Source: Malacoraja senta
Lineage: Eukaryota
Direction: 5' to 3'
DNA: 64,000 nt
Assembly: GCA_038087875.1 (NCBI GenBank)
Contig: CM075988.1
Span: forward strand, 27,466,001-27,530,000
The notes below the pieces were generated by a model. It saw nothing but the letters and a program-made list of their open reading frames with translations, made no database searches and had not been told where the DNA came from. Both the position numbers and the translations under genes were made by a program. This document shows, piece after piece, positions 1-12,455 of this stretch (position 1 is the first letter of the stretch; every line of letters starts with the position of its first letter).

Positions 1-158
1 GTTCATTTCACTGATGTTTAAAAGTTGCCACAGAACCATGATGTTGCCGTGGCTGTAGGTTTGATTGCAACAGTGAATAACTATGAACTTTAGCAAGAAT
101 TTGTAGTTTTTGCTTTGAAACAGTAAGTATATATACTTTGTAAATTATTTCCTTTTAG

Positions 159-270
159 TCAGGTCTCACACAGGCAGTGAAGGACAGCAAAATCAGCCTG
201 CAGCAAGCAGAATATGAATTCCTGTCCTTTGTACGTCAGCATACCCCTCCGGGCCTCTGTCCTCTTGCAG
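159..270 (+). CDS. REXO2: Oligoribonuclease REXO2, internal coding exon ([38 protein letters not shown])
   Basis: Acceptor ccttttag at 151-158 and donor gtatgt at 271. The translation closely matches recalled vertebrate REXO2 ([25 protein letters not shown]). Upstream exons lie outside the window. Confidence 0.95.
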
Positions 271-383
271 GTATGTTTGGGCAGTTAAAGTATTCTCTAG
301 CTTCCATAGGTGTTCTTATTCTGCAGTGCCCATTGTTTCATTTATTTAAAATAACTTTGCAATTAGAGTAAATAAACTCTTCA

Positions 384-1148
384 CAATCATAATCATACTT
401 TATTAGCCAAGTATGTTTTGCAACATACGAGGAATTTGATTTGCCATATAGTCATACTAATAAAAAGCAACAGATCACACAAAATACATTTTAACATAAA
501 CATGCACCACAGTGACTCCTCCACATTCCTCGCTCTGATGGAAGGCAAAAAAAAGTTCAATCTCTTCCCTTCTTTGTCCTTCAGCGGTCAGGGGCTTTGA
601 GCCTTTCGTTGACGGGACGATCTTACTCCCTTAGCCGGCGGCGGGCCTCCTCGTCGGGGCGATCAAGCTCCTGCATGGGGGGGGGGGGGGGGATCTCTGC
701 TCCCCCGGGCTGGGTGATCTGACCCTGGGGCGAGTCGAACGTCGTGCGGTTTTGGAGCTTTCCGACGTCAGTCTCTTACCCGAGACCGCGAGCTCCTTGA
801 TGTTAAAGTCCGCAGGCCGCGGTTGGAGCGTCGATCCCAGGCAAGGGATCGGCTCCGATGGCAAGTCCACGTCCCTGCGGTGGGGCTTAAAATCAGTCCC
901 GAGCAAGGCCTCCAGCTCCACGATGTTAGGCCGCATAGCGACCGGAGATACGACCCGGAAAACAATCGCTTCTCCGGCAAGGTAAGAGATTGAAAAAACG
1001 TTTCCCCTGACCCCATCCCCCCCCTGCCCAACCCCCACATAAAACAAACCAGAGAACATTAACACAAACTTTTTAAACACACTAAAAATAATTTTAAAAA
1101 GACAGACAGACTGTGGGCGAGGCTGTCATCGAAGCACCACCCGGTGGT
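384..1148 (-). mobile_element. Non-coding GC-rich non-autonomous retroposon with a Rex1/Babar-like 3' tail
   Basis: 9-bp TSD aactcttca at 375-383 and 1149-1157. On the minus strand it ends in AATAAA plus an (ATGATT)n tail. Shares architecture with the elements at 28.8, 35.8 and 56.6 kb. Confidence 0.75.
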
Positions 1149-1475
1149 AACTCTTCAAGCAATAAAGACAAAGAATCACATGGGTAGTAAAAGAATTGTA
1201 AAATAACGTTTCACTTCAAGGCATAGCCCTTCTCAATGTTTGATGTGAGAAACATTCTAAAATGAATGTTTGGAAGAACCTGTGAATTAAATTCTGACCA
1301 TCCTCCCTGTGCTCATTTTGAGAGTGTAATTGGTCAGTTATTTTTTTTTAAATTACATTAGACTTTCAGAATTGCTGAGATATGTTGTCACATGGTACAT
1401 GTCTTTCAAAACAAGTGGAAAGTTCAAAGGGATGAAGTGCAACACAGCAGAAAATTTTATGTTTTTAACTTGCAG

Positions 1476-1584
1476 GAAGTTCAGTCCATGCTGACAAAAA
1501 GTTTCTGGACAAGTATATGCCACAGTTCATGAAGCACTTGCATTACAGAATAATTGACGTCAGCACCATCAAGGAATTGTGCAG
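1476..1584 (+). CDS. REXO2: REXO2 exon ([37 protein letters not shown]), ExoII region
   Basis: ttgcag acceptor and AG|gtaaaa donor. Phase 1 in and phase 2 out, consistent with the neighbouring exons. Contains the oligoribonuclease HYRIIDVST motif. Confidence 0.95.
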
Positions 1585-1904
1585 GTAAAATTTACAATTG
1601 CCAATTGCAGATCATCGCTGCAAAGTGTGTTGCTTACAGCTACACATAAACTAAGACCATTCAGGTTGCAATTGATGGCTGTCAATCGAGCCCTTGCCAT
1701 ATTGACTTATCAAGATCCTGGATAAACATTAATTTCTTGTACACGAATAGACTTTTAGCCCCTTGAGCCTATTCCTATATTCTTTAAACCAAAGCTAGTA
1801 TGTGCCCTAAATCCATCCACTTGCCATGCTTCCGTATCAAACAATCTCATCTGATCTAACAAAAACTTTTAATTTTAAAACTTTTTGTGGGAGAGTTTCA
1901 GTCT

Positions 1905-3110
1905 TAAGTGGTGGGAGTAGAATTAGGCCCTTCGACCCATCAAGTCTACTCGGCCATTCAATCATGGCTGATCTATCTCTCCCTCCTAACCTCATTCCCC
2001 TGCCTTCTCCCCATAACCTCTGCCACCTGTACTAATCAAGAATCTATCTCTGCATTAAAAATATACACTCTTAGCCTCCGCAGCCTTCCGTGGCACAAAT
2101 TCCACAGATTCACCACCCTCTGACAAGAAATTCCTCCTTGTCTCCCTAAAAGAGCATCCTTTAATTCTGAGGCTATGACCCTAGTCCTAGACTCTCCCAC
2201 TAGTAGAAATATCCTCTCCACATCAACTCTATCCAAGCCTTTCACTATTCTGCATGTTTCAATGAGATCCCCCCTCATTCTTCTAAACTCCAGCGAGTAC
2301 AGGCCCAGTGCCATCAAACCCTCATCATATGTGAACCTTCTAATTCCTAGAAGGTGAACCTACTAATTCTTGTAAACTTTCTCTGGACCCTCTTCAGACC
2401 CAGCACATCCTTCCTCGGATATGGTGCCCAAGATTGCTCACAATATTCCAAATGTGGTCTGACCAGCACCTTCTAGAACCTCAGCATTACAACCTGGTTT
2501 TTGTATACAAAACCTCTCGAAATGAATGCTAGCATTCTGTTTGCTTTCTTTAATACCGATTCAACTTGCAGATTAACTATTTGAAGATCTTGCACCAGGT
2601 CCCTTTGCACCTCTGATTTCTGGTTTCTCTCCCCATTTAGAAAATAGCCTATGCCCATATTCCTACTCCACAATGCATGACTCCACACTTTGCAACACTA
2701 TATTCCGTCTGCCCACTCTCCCAACCTGTTCAAGTCCTTCTGCAGAGTCCCTGCTTTCTCTACACTACCTACCCCTCTGCCTATTTTCATATCATCCACA
2801 AACTTGGCCACAAAGCCTTCAATCCCGTCATCCAAATCATTAATATACCACATGAAGAGCAATGGCCCCAGCACAGTGACCTGCGGAACTCCGCCAGTCA
2901 CTGGCAGCTAACCAGAAAAGGCCCCCTTTATTGCGCCACTGCCTTTTGCCATCCAGCCAACCTGCTATCCATGCTAGTATCTGCCCTTTTATACCATGGG
3001 CTCTCATCTTCCTTGGCAGCCTTCCGTGTGGCACTTTATCAAAGGCTTTCTGAAGAATTAGGTAAACAACATCTACTGGCTCTCCTTTGTCCTGCTATTT
3101 GAAAGAATTT
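1905..3110 (-). mobile_element. CR1 LINE 3' fragment (degenerate RT and 3' UTR)
   Basis: Minus-strand ORF pieces GVPQVTVLGPLLF..YINDLD..KFVDD and LYSLEFRRMRGDLIE, broken by frameshifts. Confidence 0.9.
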
Positions 3111-3429
3111 CAGCAAAGTTCTTCTGCCAACCATTCCAGTCTAGCTTTTGACATTAAGGTTTCTACCTTAAGATCTTGCACCAACAGAGTTTTGTTCCAC
3201 TGAGAAAATTTGTGGACATTTTAAGTCACAAGCCCACCTTCTTGGAATATGAATAGTTGCCTTTGTTTCATTTAGTGTGCACTGAACGAAGCCAACATGT
3301 TTTTTTCTTTGAATGTTATTAACAATGTGAATTTCAGGTAAGAATCTTTTGGCTGGGACAGGATCAGAACTTGGTAATCTATATTAACTATTTTTGAACA
3401 ATCCTTTTTATCTGGTACTTTAATACTGG

Positions 3430-3660
3430 TACTGCCTCGGAAAAGCAATCAAAAAATAATCAAGGACCACTTGCACCCCTGTCATTCTTCCTCTCCTCTT
3501 TTCTTTCCTGTTGGGCAGTAGATACAAATGCTTGAAGTACCTACCATTAGATTCAAGAACAGCTTCCTTTCCTGCCGTTATCAAACTCTTGAATAGACTT
3601 CTCGCATGCTAAGGATGTATTCCGGATTTCCAAATCTACCTCATTGTGGCAATTCACATT
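3430..3660 (+). mobile_element. Rex1/Babar-type LINE 3' fragment
   Basis: Degenerate translation resembles the Rex1 RT C-terminus (IIKD..HP.H....GxRY....RFKNSF..VIKLLN). Confidence 0.55.
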
Positions 3661-3679
3661 TTTTAAATTGGACTTTCTC

Positions 3680-3972
3680 CACCTACAGCACGGAACAGGC
3701 CCTTTGGCCCAACAAGTCCACTCAACCATCGATCACCCATTCACACTAGTTATATATATAGGCAGTCCAACTTTTGCATCCACTCCCCACACGCAGGGGC
3801 AATTTAGAGGCTAATTAACCTACTAGCCCACATGCCTTTGGGATGTGGGAGGAAACCGGATCACCTGGGAGAATTTGTAAACTCCACACAGAGATGGCAC
3901 CCCAGGTTAGGATCGAACCTTGGTGTCCCACCATGTGAGGCAGCGGCTCTACCAGCTGCACCACTGTGCTGA
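3680..3972 (-). mobile_element. tRNA-derived V-SINE (HE1-like)
   Basis: Diverged reverse complement of the 4447-4780 SINE. Confidence 0.8.
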
Positions 3973-4281
3973 TTTTTGTAATAGATGTTTAAATTAACCA
4001 GTCTGGTTTTCTTGCTTCCTGAAAGTATAAAATATCTGACATTTTTTCCCTAATGTAAGTGAAGTGTAGTATTGGTCAAGGACTTCTGTACTTGCAAATT
4101 CAGCTAAATATGTTGCTTTGATAGTAACATTGGCACTTGGGTTTCATAATTCTGGCTCATTTTTATTCAGTAGTACTTTTTCCATTAAAAGAAAACCTGT
4201 TTATCTCTCCTGTTCCATCAGTTGGAGTTGTTCCTAAACCTGATTTAGGTTTGATAGAACTAAGTTCATGTTTTGTTTTAG

Positions 4282-4335
4282 ACGCTGGTACACAGATGAA
4301 TATGAAAATGCACCAAAGAAGAAAGCTTCCCATAG
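4282..4335 (+). CDS. REXO2: REXO2 54-nt exon (RWYTDEYENAPKKKASH/R)
   Basis: ttttag acceptor and AG|gtaagt donor. Matches recalled RWYPEEYEFAPKKAASHR and carries the DEDDh histidine. Confidence 0.93.
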
Positions 4336-4446
4336 GTAAGTAGTGCCCACATTTACTATTTGAATAAATACAATAGAGCAAGTTTGTTTGTGTGTCTAAA
4401 ATGTTGCCTCTTTAATCAGTTTAAACAATATTGATGTAATACTTAA

Positions 4447-4780
4447 GGGCGGCATGGTGGTGCAGCGGTGGAGTTGCTGCCTTACAGCGAATGCAGCGCC
4501 GGAGACCCGGGTTCGATCCTGACTACGGGTGCTGTCTGTACGGAGTTTGTACGTTCTCCCCGTGACCTGCGTGGGTGTTCTCCGAGATCTTCGGTTTCCT
4601 CCCACACTCCAAAGACGTACAGGTTTGTAGGTTAATTGGCTTGGTAAATGTAAAAAAGAAATTTTTGTCCCTAGTGGGTATAGGATAGTGTTAATGTGCA
4701 GGGATCGCTGGTCAGCACGGACCTGGTGGGCCGAAAGGGCCTGTTTCCGCACTGTATCTCTAAACTAAAGCAAACTAAAT
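4447..4780 (+). mobile_element. tRNA-derived V-SINE (HE1-like), near full length
   Basis: A-box tggtgcagcgg, B-box ggttcgatcc, V-domain core (gagtttgtacgttctccccgtg...cggtttcctcccacactccaaagac), CR1-like 3' end and (ctaaa)n tail. Confidence 0.9.
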
Positions 4781-5248
4781 ACTAAAATATTGGACTTTAT
4801 TTTTGCTTCCTGAAACTAAAGGTTTGGGAGCTGGACAAACTCATTCCACTGCTTTTATATTATATAATGTATTGTGAATTTTGGATAATCATGGCTCTGT
4901 GATATTTTACCTTTTGCTTTATTTTGCATTTATTTTGCAGGAAGGCAGAGTCAAGAAGATAACATCATTGGGGCATTGAGTGTAAAAAGATGATATTAAA
5001 ATTAATAATGTAATGGAAGGGCTGTGCTTGGCTGAGTGCAGAAATGATGGGTGGAGGGAAAATGGGGAATATGATAACTGCCTTGAATGTGATGGCTTTT
5101 TAGTTAAAGTAAACTTTCAAACGTTGAAAGTACCAATCTTGTGTTATCTTGAGTTTTTAGAATTTAGATTTTTGAAGCATATTACTTTTCTTTCAAGAAC
5201 CCCAAAAATGTTATTACTACATTAACTAATTCTGATTTAATCTTTCAG

Positions 5249-5402
5249 AGCGTTGGATGACATCTGTGAGAGCATCAAAGAGCTGCACTTTTATAGGATG
5301 CATGTATTTAAAGAAAGCCAAGCAGAAGAGAAGAAAAGAAAAACACACTTAGAAAATGGTGATAAAACCAAGCGAGAGAGTCAGAATCAAGAGGCTAACT
5401 AA
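5249..5402 (+). CDS. REXO2: REXO2 last coding exon (ALDDICESIKELHFYRMHVFKESQAEEKKRKTHLENGDKTKRESQNQEAN*)
   Basis: tctttcag acceptor. Completes the HRALDDI ExoIII motif, retains the KKRK basic patch, and stops at TAA 5400-5402. Confidence 0.95.
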
Positions 5403-5934
5403 GACTCAAACAGCTCTCCCAACTAATCTGAAATGTCCATTTGCACAATACTTGCTCTAAGCTGGGGCACTTAAATATGCAATATGATTAGTGACAGATA
5501 AAAGCAACGACTAAACCTGCTTCTGTTTAGTCTTGTTTCAATCATTTTATTTTGAGCAATTGCAATGAAACCATAGCAATTGACTCTTTTCTGTTTTAAC
5601 TGGAACCTCTTTTAGAAGTTAGCAGTTGTATAATTTAGAACACTTGCTTTAAATTTGAACATTGCATAAATCTTGCATCAACTAATTTTCAGGGAGAGGG
5701 GGTATTTTGTTAAGCTACAAACTACAAAGAGTAGTGCATGCTCAGTGACTTGTTAGTTTTTTTTTTTGGTTTATCCCAAGATGCTTTATTTTTTAAATCA
5801 TGTGTTGACCATGGAAAAGGACATGTTCTGATTACTGGGGCCTTTTACATTAACGGTTTCACTCAGCCTCAGCTTTGATATATGCCATGTAATTTAAAGA
5901 AAAAAACGTTCAATGTAAACCATTTTTATTCAGA

Positions 5935-5940
5935 ATTAAA
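5935..5940 (+). promoter_or_regulatory. Candidate REXO2 polyadenylation signal (ATTAAA)
   Basis: ATTAAA about 530 nt after the stop, followed by GT-rich ggtgtgtgtggg. Other AATAAA hexamers occur near 6420 and 6790. Confidence 0.4.
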
Positions 5941-6988
5941 CTCTGTAATAACAAATGGTGTGTGTGGGCTTGACTATCATACTGACTATGTACAAATATA
6001 CAACGAAAAACATGAACTATAAATTGTAAGATTTGTGTTCAACAGGTTGGGAAGCATTTTATGTTGCTGTTTCAGCTTAATGACCTTTTGTCAGAAACAA
6101 TATTTAATTATGAACTAATCTCTTGTGGACAAGTATGTCAATATTTTCAAGATGAATACAAGGTACATGAATCTTGGGAAACATTTTATTAAAGGATTTG
6201 GAAGTGGGTGGAAAGTATCATTTGAGAGAATATGACCCCAAAATAGCGTGTCTATTTTTCAATGTAGCCACTCCTTGAGCTAAAGACACTGGTGTGAAAG
6301 CACTATAGTGCAACTAGTTTCCTAATTTAGTGCCAGTTAGTTGGAAATTAATTGTATCAACTCATGTGAATGGAATGATTTAAGCAATTTAAGTGCCAAA
6401 ACATTATCGGTAGGCCAATAATAAAATACTAGATGTACTGAGGCTTGAAAGATGAAGTACTTTCATTATCTCTTGTGGTTGCTGCAGTGAAAAATGGATG
6501 AAATATTTTGGGTTTGTTCTCCCACTTCTATTTTAGTTTCATACTTTATTCTCGCATGTACGAATTTCTTAAACTATTGCAATAGTTGGAATTTACCTCA
6601 GCAAGCCAGAAAACTCTGGAGAAAGAACAAAGGGAATTGTGATCTGCACTAGTTTTAAACCTATGCAATTTTTATTTATAAACTCTTGCAAAATTACATT
6701 TTAAAAGTTTAATTTGACTCCAGCTTCCCATTGCACTATCAAGATCCACCATCAATAGGCAAAAGCTGCAATGAGTAGACAGTATTACAAAATAAAATGT
6801 ACTCTGCAAGCTGAAATTCCTTTAAAGTTGAGCAATGTTTTGGTTCAATAATGTCAAGGATTTTCGTTCATATCTCCCTTACAACAACATTGTGCTGATT
6901 AAATTAAATCGAAAAGACCACTTGTTAATTAAATTTAAATAACAAGTGGTATTTTCAATTTAATTAACTTACATTTTAAGTAATAAGG

Positions 6989-7071
6989 GAAGGGTTTCGG
7001 CCCCAAACGTTACCTATTTCCTTCGCTCCATAGATGCTGCTGCTGAGTTTCTCCAGCATTTTTGTGTACCG
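6989..7071 (+). mobile_element. Penelope terminal-repeat fragment with a truncated hammerhead motif
   Basis: gaagggtttcggccccaaacgttacctatttccttcgctccatagatgctgc matches the terminus of the Penelope element at 62.5 kb. The CUGA part of the core is missing. Confidence 0.7.
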
Positions 7072-7229
7072 TACATTTATATTGTTCATGCAATTTAATT
7101 GCAGACTAAGCAAAACATGCACAAATTTGATTTTTCAATATGTAGACCTTGGAATAGGCATCCATTTTTTAGAGTACAAACGATGTATTTCCAAAGTAAA
7201 TCAGGAAATGTAGCTGCATTCTGTGTGGT

Positions 7230-7480
7230 TCTGCAGTGGCAGGCCCTCCGTTTCCATGACGACGGTAGCCTGGCCCACGACCACAGGCTTCACTCAGCTC
7301 AGCGGCGCTCCTCGGGTGAAAGGAGCCTACGTTATTTCTCCGAAGGCGAAGCTGCTTCTGCGACGGACGGAGTAGGCGCAGGGACGTCGCCGCCCTCGGT
7401 GAGAGCGAAGTCGGCCCGTGCATCGGTTTTACTCGTTATGGGCAGAAGGCCGCGGATTGTGGCTGCAAACGGTCAGCTCA
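7230..7480 (+). promoter_or_regulatory. AAMDC: CpG-rich promoter and probable non-coding exon 1 of AAMDC
   Basis: Only non-repeat CpG-dense patch upstream of the first AAMDC coding exon, which itself starts at a splice acceptor. Candidate donor cg|gtgaga at 7399. RFX X-box-like gtttccatgacgac at 7250-7263. Confidence 0.6.
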
Positions 7481-7689
7481 CAGATAAGCAATTAAAGGAA
7501 ATTAAATGTGAAATCGGCCCTCAGTGTTATGTTGCTGGCTGCCACTTCAGATCTGGGCAGTAGGTACGAAACCAGCAATGGGAGTTGGCCAAGTGTGACA
7601 GTACCATGCCTGCAGCATGGGCTGTTATTGTTTATTTCACTCTGTCCTTTTAAACTGCGGTCTTCTGATTTACTAAGTCGCTGCTTCAG

Positions 7690-8450
7690 CATTGCCAGAA
7701 TGCTGCCTGGATTAGGGGGTATTTAGCTCCAGGGAGACGTTGGACAGACTTGAATTGTTTCTCAGGAGTGTTTGAGGAGCGTTGGACCTGATAGAAGTAT
7801 ATAAAATTCTGAGAGGCACAGATTGAGGAGACAGGATCTTTTTCCCAGCATGGAAAATATCAAATACAGGAAGGCATAGCTTGAAGGTGAGAGGAGCAAA
7901 GTTTAAAGGAGATCAGCAGGGCTTTTTTTTTTACACAGAATGGTGGGTGCAATGGAATGTACTAGCAGGCGTGGCAGCACACTTTAGGGTGGCACAGTGG
8001 CTCAGCAGCAGAGTAGCATCATAGACCCTGGTGCTGTCTGTACAGAGTTTGTACGTTCTCCGTGTGACTGCGTTGGTTTTCTCTGGGTGTGCTGGTTTCC
8101 ACCTACACTCCAAAGATGAAAAGATGTACTGGTTTGTAGGTTAATTGGCTCTGTAAAACATTGTAGATGGTCCCTGGTGTTTAGGATGGTGTTGGTGTAC
8201 GGGGTGATCGCTGGCTGGCTCGGACTTGGGTCGAAGGACCAGTTTCTGCACTATATCTAAAGTCTAAAGAGTGGTGCTGGAAGCAGATAGAGTAGTGGTG
8301 TTTTAAGAAGCTTTTAGATAGACACGTGGATATGCTGGGAACTGAGGAGTATGGATTATGTGTAGACAGATGAGATTAGTTTATCTAGGCGTGATATTTG
8401 GCACAAACATTGTGGGATAAAGGGCCTGTTCCTGTGCTGTTCTATGTTCA
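7690..8450 (+). mobile_element. CR1 3' fragment interrupted by a V-SINE (about 7987-8267)
   Basis: CR1 tail motifs flank a SINE head gggtggcacagtggctcagc and its V-domain. Confidence 0.75.
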
Positions 8451-8979
8451 GAGCAGACATGTGGTGTCAGGGATATTTCTCTTTTGCAGTCAATGGCTTT
8501 TGGATCCAGTTTTCATTTGGATATCGGAGTGAGCTAAAATTAACTTCCAGCTGGCATTAAAGTGTAATTTTGTTTCTGCATTTAATGCATGTTCTGCAAA
8601 AAAAAATGTGGGATTATCCCTGAGTAATGCTTTGATACTTCAGTGGAGTCACATTCTTCAGGCTGAAAAACTAAAGTCGGGCAACCTCTGAGAGAAAATC
8701 TATTCTTTTACAGAAACCGCTTAACATACTGAGTATGACCCTGACCCTGATTTGAGCATTTAAAACTAACTTGCCTTAAACAGTATAAAATCTGAAGATG
8801 AATAAGAAGACCATCTTAAGTTTGAACCATATGATGTTCTGGTATTTTCAGTCTCGGAAAGATACAGCATGAAACAGGTCCCTCAGCTAATCAAGTTGTG
8901 CTGATCATCAACCATCTATTTGCACTAGATAATCCTGCATTAATTCAATTTATTTTCTTTCCACATTCACTGCAACTAA

Positions 8980-11558
8980 CCCTGGAGATGTGGAGTAGGT
9001 ATGGATAGAACTAAGGAATTGTAAGGGTAAAAATACTCTAATGGGACTAATCTACAGGCCCCCAAACAGTAGCCTGGACATAGGGCGCAAGATGAATCAG
9101 GAGTTAAAATTGGCATGTAGTAAAAGTAATGCTGTGGTTGTTATGGGAGATTTCAACATGCAGGTTGACTGGAAAAATCAGGTTGGTACTGGACCCCAAG
9201 AAAGGGACTTTGTAGAGTGCCTTTGTGATGGGTTCTTTGAACAGCTTGTATTGGAGCCTACCAGGGAGAAGGCAATTCTGGAGTTAGTGTTATGTAATGA
9301 ACCGGATTTGATAAAGGACTTTGAGGTTAATGAGCCATTAGGAGGCAGTGACCATAACATGGTCAGGTTTAATCTACAATTGAAGAGGGAGAAGAGTAGA
9401 TCGGAGGTGTCAGTGTTGCAGTTGAATAAAGGGGACTACGGGGCCATGAGGGAGGAGCTGGCCAAAGTTGACTGGAAAAATACTCTAGCAGGGATGACAG
9501 TGGAACAAAAATGGCAGGTGTTTAGGAATAATACAGAAGGTGCACGATCAGTTCATTCCTAGGAGGAAGAAAGATTCCAAGGGGAGAAAGGGACGACCAT
9601 GGCTGACAAGGGACGTCAGGGACAGTATAAAAATTAAAGGGAAGAAGTACAACGTAGCAAAGATGAGTGGGAAGCAAGAGGATTGGGTAATGTTTAAAGA
9701 ACAACAGAAGATAACCAAAAAGACAATATGGGGAGAAAAGATAAGGTACAAAGAGTATAAAGCAGGATAGTAAATGCTTCTTTAGGTATTTGAAGAGGAA
9801 AAAATTAGCTAAGACCAAAGTTGGACCCTTGAAGACTGAAAAGGGTGAATTTATTATGGGGAACAAGGAAATGGCAGATGAGTTGGATAGGTACTTTGGA
9901 TCTGTCTTCACTAAGGAGGACACAAACAATCTTCCTGATATAGTAGTGGCCAGAGGATCTGGGGTGACAGAGGAAGTGAAGGAAATCCACATTAGGCAGG
10001 GAATGGTGTTGGATAGACTGATGGGACTGAAGGCTGATAAATCCCCAGGGCCTGATGGTCTGCATCCCAGGGTACTTGAGGAAGTGGTTCTAGAAATCGT
10101 GGATGGATTGGTGATAATTTTCCAATGTTCTATAGACTCAGGATCAGTTCCTGTGGATTGGAGGGTAGCTAATGTTATCCCACTTTTTAAGAAAGGCGGG
10201 AAAGAGAAAACGGAATTATAGACCAGTTAGCCTGACATCCGTGGTGGGGAAGATGCTGGAGTCAATTATAAAAGATGAGATAACCGAACATTTGGATAGC
10301 AGTAACAGTGTCGGTCCGAGTCAAGCATGATTTCCCCTTCGTAAATCCATGCTGACTAATTTTCAGGAATTTTTTGAAGATGTAACTAGGAAAATGGACA
10401 AGGGAGAGCCAGTGGTGTACCTGCACTTTCAGAAAGCATTTGATAAGGTCCCACAGGAGATTATTAGGGGAAAATTAGGGCACATGGTATTGGGGGTAGA
10501 GTGCTGACATGGATAGAGAAGTGGTTGGTAGACAGGAAACAAAGAGTAGGGATTAACGGGTCCCTTTCAGAATGGCAGGTAGTGACTAGTGGGGTACCGC
10601 AAGGCTCGGTGCTGGGACCGCAGCTATTTACAATATACATCAGTGATTTGGGTGAAGGGATTCAAAGTAACATTAGCAAATGTTCAGATGACACAAAGCT
10701 GGGTGGTAGTGTGAACTGTGAGGAGGATGCCGTGAGAATGCAGGGTGACTTGGACAGGTTGGGGGAGTGGGCAGATGCATGGCAGATGAGGTTTAATGCG
10801 GATAAATGTGAGGTTATCCACGTTGGTAGCAAAAACAGGAAGGCAGATTACTATCTAAATGGCGTCAAGTTGGGAAAAGGGGAAGTACAACGGATCTGGG
10901 GATCCTTGTACATCAGTCTATGAAAGTAAGCATGCAGGTACAGCAGGCAGTGAAGAAACCGAATGGCATGTTGGCCTTTATAACAAGAGGAATCGAATAT
11001 AGGAGCAAAGAGGTCCTTCTGCAGTAGTACATAGCCCTAGTGAGACCACACCTGGAGTATTGTGTGCAGTTTTGGTCCCCTAATCTGAGGAAAGACATTC
11101 TTGCTATTGAGGGAGTGCAGCGTAGGTTTACAAGGTTAATTCATGGGATGGCGGGACTGTCATATGCTGAGAAAATGGAGCACCCTGGAGTTTAGAAGGA
11201 TGAGAGGAGATCTCATTGAAACATATAAGATTGTTAATGGCTTGGACACGCTAGAGGCAGGAAACATGTTCCCGATGTTGGGGGAGTCCAGAACCAGGGT
11301 GCCACAGTTTAAGAATAAGGAGTAAGCCATTTAGAACGAAGATGAGGAAACACTTTTTCTCACAGAGAGTGGTGAGTCTGTGGAATTCTCTGCCTCAGAG
11401 GGCGGTGGAGGCAGGTTCTCTGGATGCTTTCAAGAGAGAGCTAGATAGGGCTCTTAAAAATAGCAGAGTCAGGGGATATGGGGAGAAGGCAAGAAAGTGG
11501 TACTGATTGGGGATGATCGAAGGGCCGAATGGCCTACTCCTGCACCTATTGTCTATAT
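8980..11558 (+). mobile_element. CR1 LINE, 5'-truncated ORF2 pseudogene (APE endonuclease and RT) with 3' UTR
   Basis: GLIYRPPNS, VMGDFN and SDHN (APE); KSPGPDGLHP, GVPQGSVLGP and DDTKLGG (RT); multiple stops and frameshifts; CR1 tail gggccgaatggcctactcctgcacc. Confidence 0.95.
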
Positions 11559-11564
11559 TTTACT

Positions 11565-11770
11565 ACTCACTGACACTTTATGAGTGATGTACAGTGACCA
11601 ATTAATATACTAACTAGCACATCTTGGGATATGATAGGAAACTGGAGCACCCAGACAAAACTCTCAGTCACAAATGGAATATGCTAACTCCACACACAAC
11701 CAAAGGTCAAGATTTATCCCTGGTCCCTGTCACTGTGAAACAGTAGCTCTATGAGATGTGGTGCCCAACA
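11565..11770 (-). mobile_element. Diverged V-SINE
   Basis: Similarity to the reverse complement of the 4447 SINE. Confidence 0.6.
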
Positions 11771-12282
11771 GCATTCAGTCTGCACTGACAACACCATCAA
11801 ATTTTAACGTGGTGTGTTTTAGTTATAAACATCCCATCCCAATTTACCTTTCATATTGGGGTAACTTTAAAGTGGCAAACTAACCTACCATCCCACATGC
11901 TGGTTCAGGCATAGGAAATCCACAAGCTAGGACTGGCAAACTGCATACAGACAGTACTGAAGGTCAGGATTTTGATTGAGATTCTGATTAGTTCATTGTT
12001 CCATGCACCAGGGGTGATGGAATTTCTTGTTCACATGAAGCTCTCAAGATTGAAACTGGCTCACAGGAGCTTTGAAGCAGCAGCTCTCCTACCCTTAATT
12101 TTGTGATGTTTTACTAAAGAACTGATATATATCAGGCTTCTTGATTACATTCCTCAATAGCATAGATCCAGGTTTGTGATTATGTCGATTTGTTCTCCAT
12201 TTTAGCCTCCTCCAATTCCCACTACCAAACAATTACCAACACATGTCACTAGGTTAATCCTATTATATGTGCTTTTAAAAGG

Positions 12283-12455
12283 CCCAAAGTGCTGGAGAAC
12301 AAGTCAGGCAGCCTCTCTGGAGGATTGGGATTGGTGACGTTTCGAGTTGGGACTTCTTCAGAACTGACCTGAATTGTCACTCATCCATGTTCTTCAGAGA
12401 AGCTGAGTTACTCCAGCACTTTTTTTTGCCAACCAGCATCTGCGCTTCCTTATGC
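12283..12455. mobile_element. Fold-back Penelope-terminus repeat (degenerate)
   Basis: Inverted arms aaagtgctggag / ctccagcacttt around gacgtttcg...cttcttcag. Confidence 0.7.

Noticed and set aside
4447-4525. tRNA gene
   Set aside because: The A/B boxes belong to a SINE head that continues directly into the V-domain, with no proper cloverleaf or terminator.
7099-7563. 154-aa ORF, or a structured ncRNA (telomerase RNA, RNase P), in the GC-rich patch
   Set aside because: No recognisable protein similarity, no telomeric template and no RNase P conserved regions. Best explained as the AAMDC CpG promoter.
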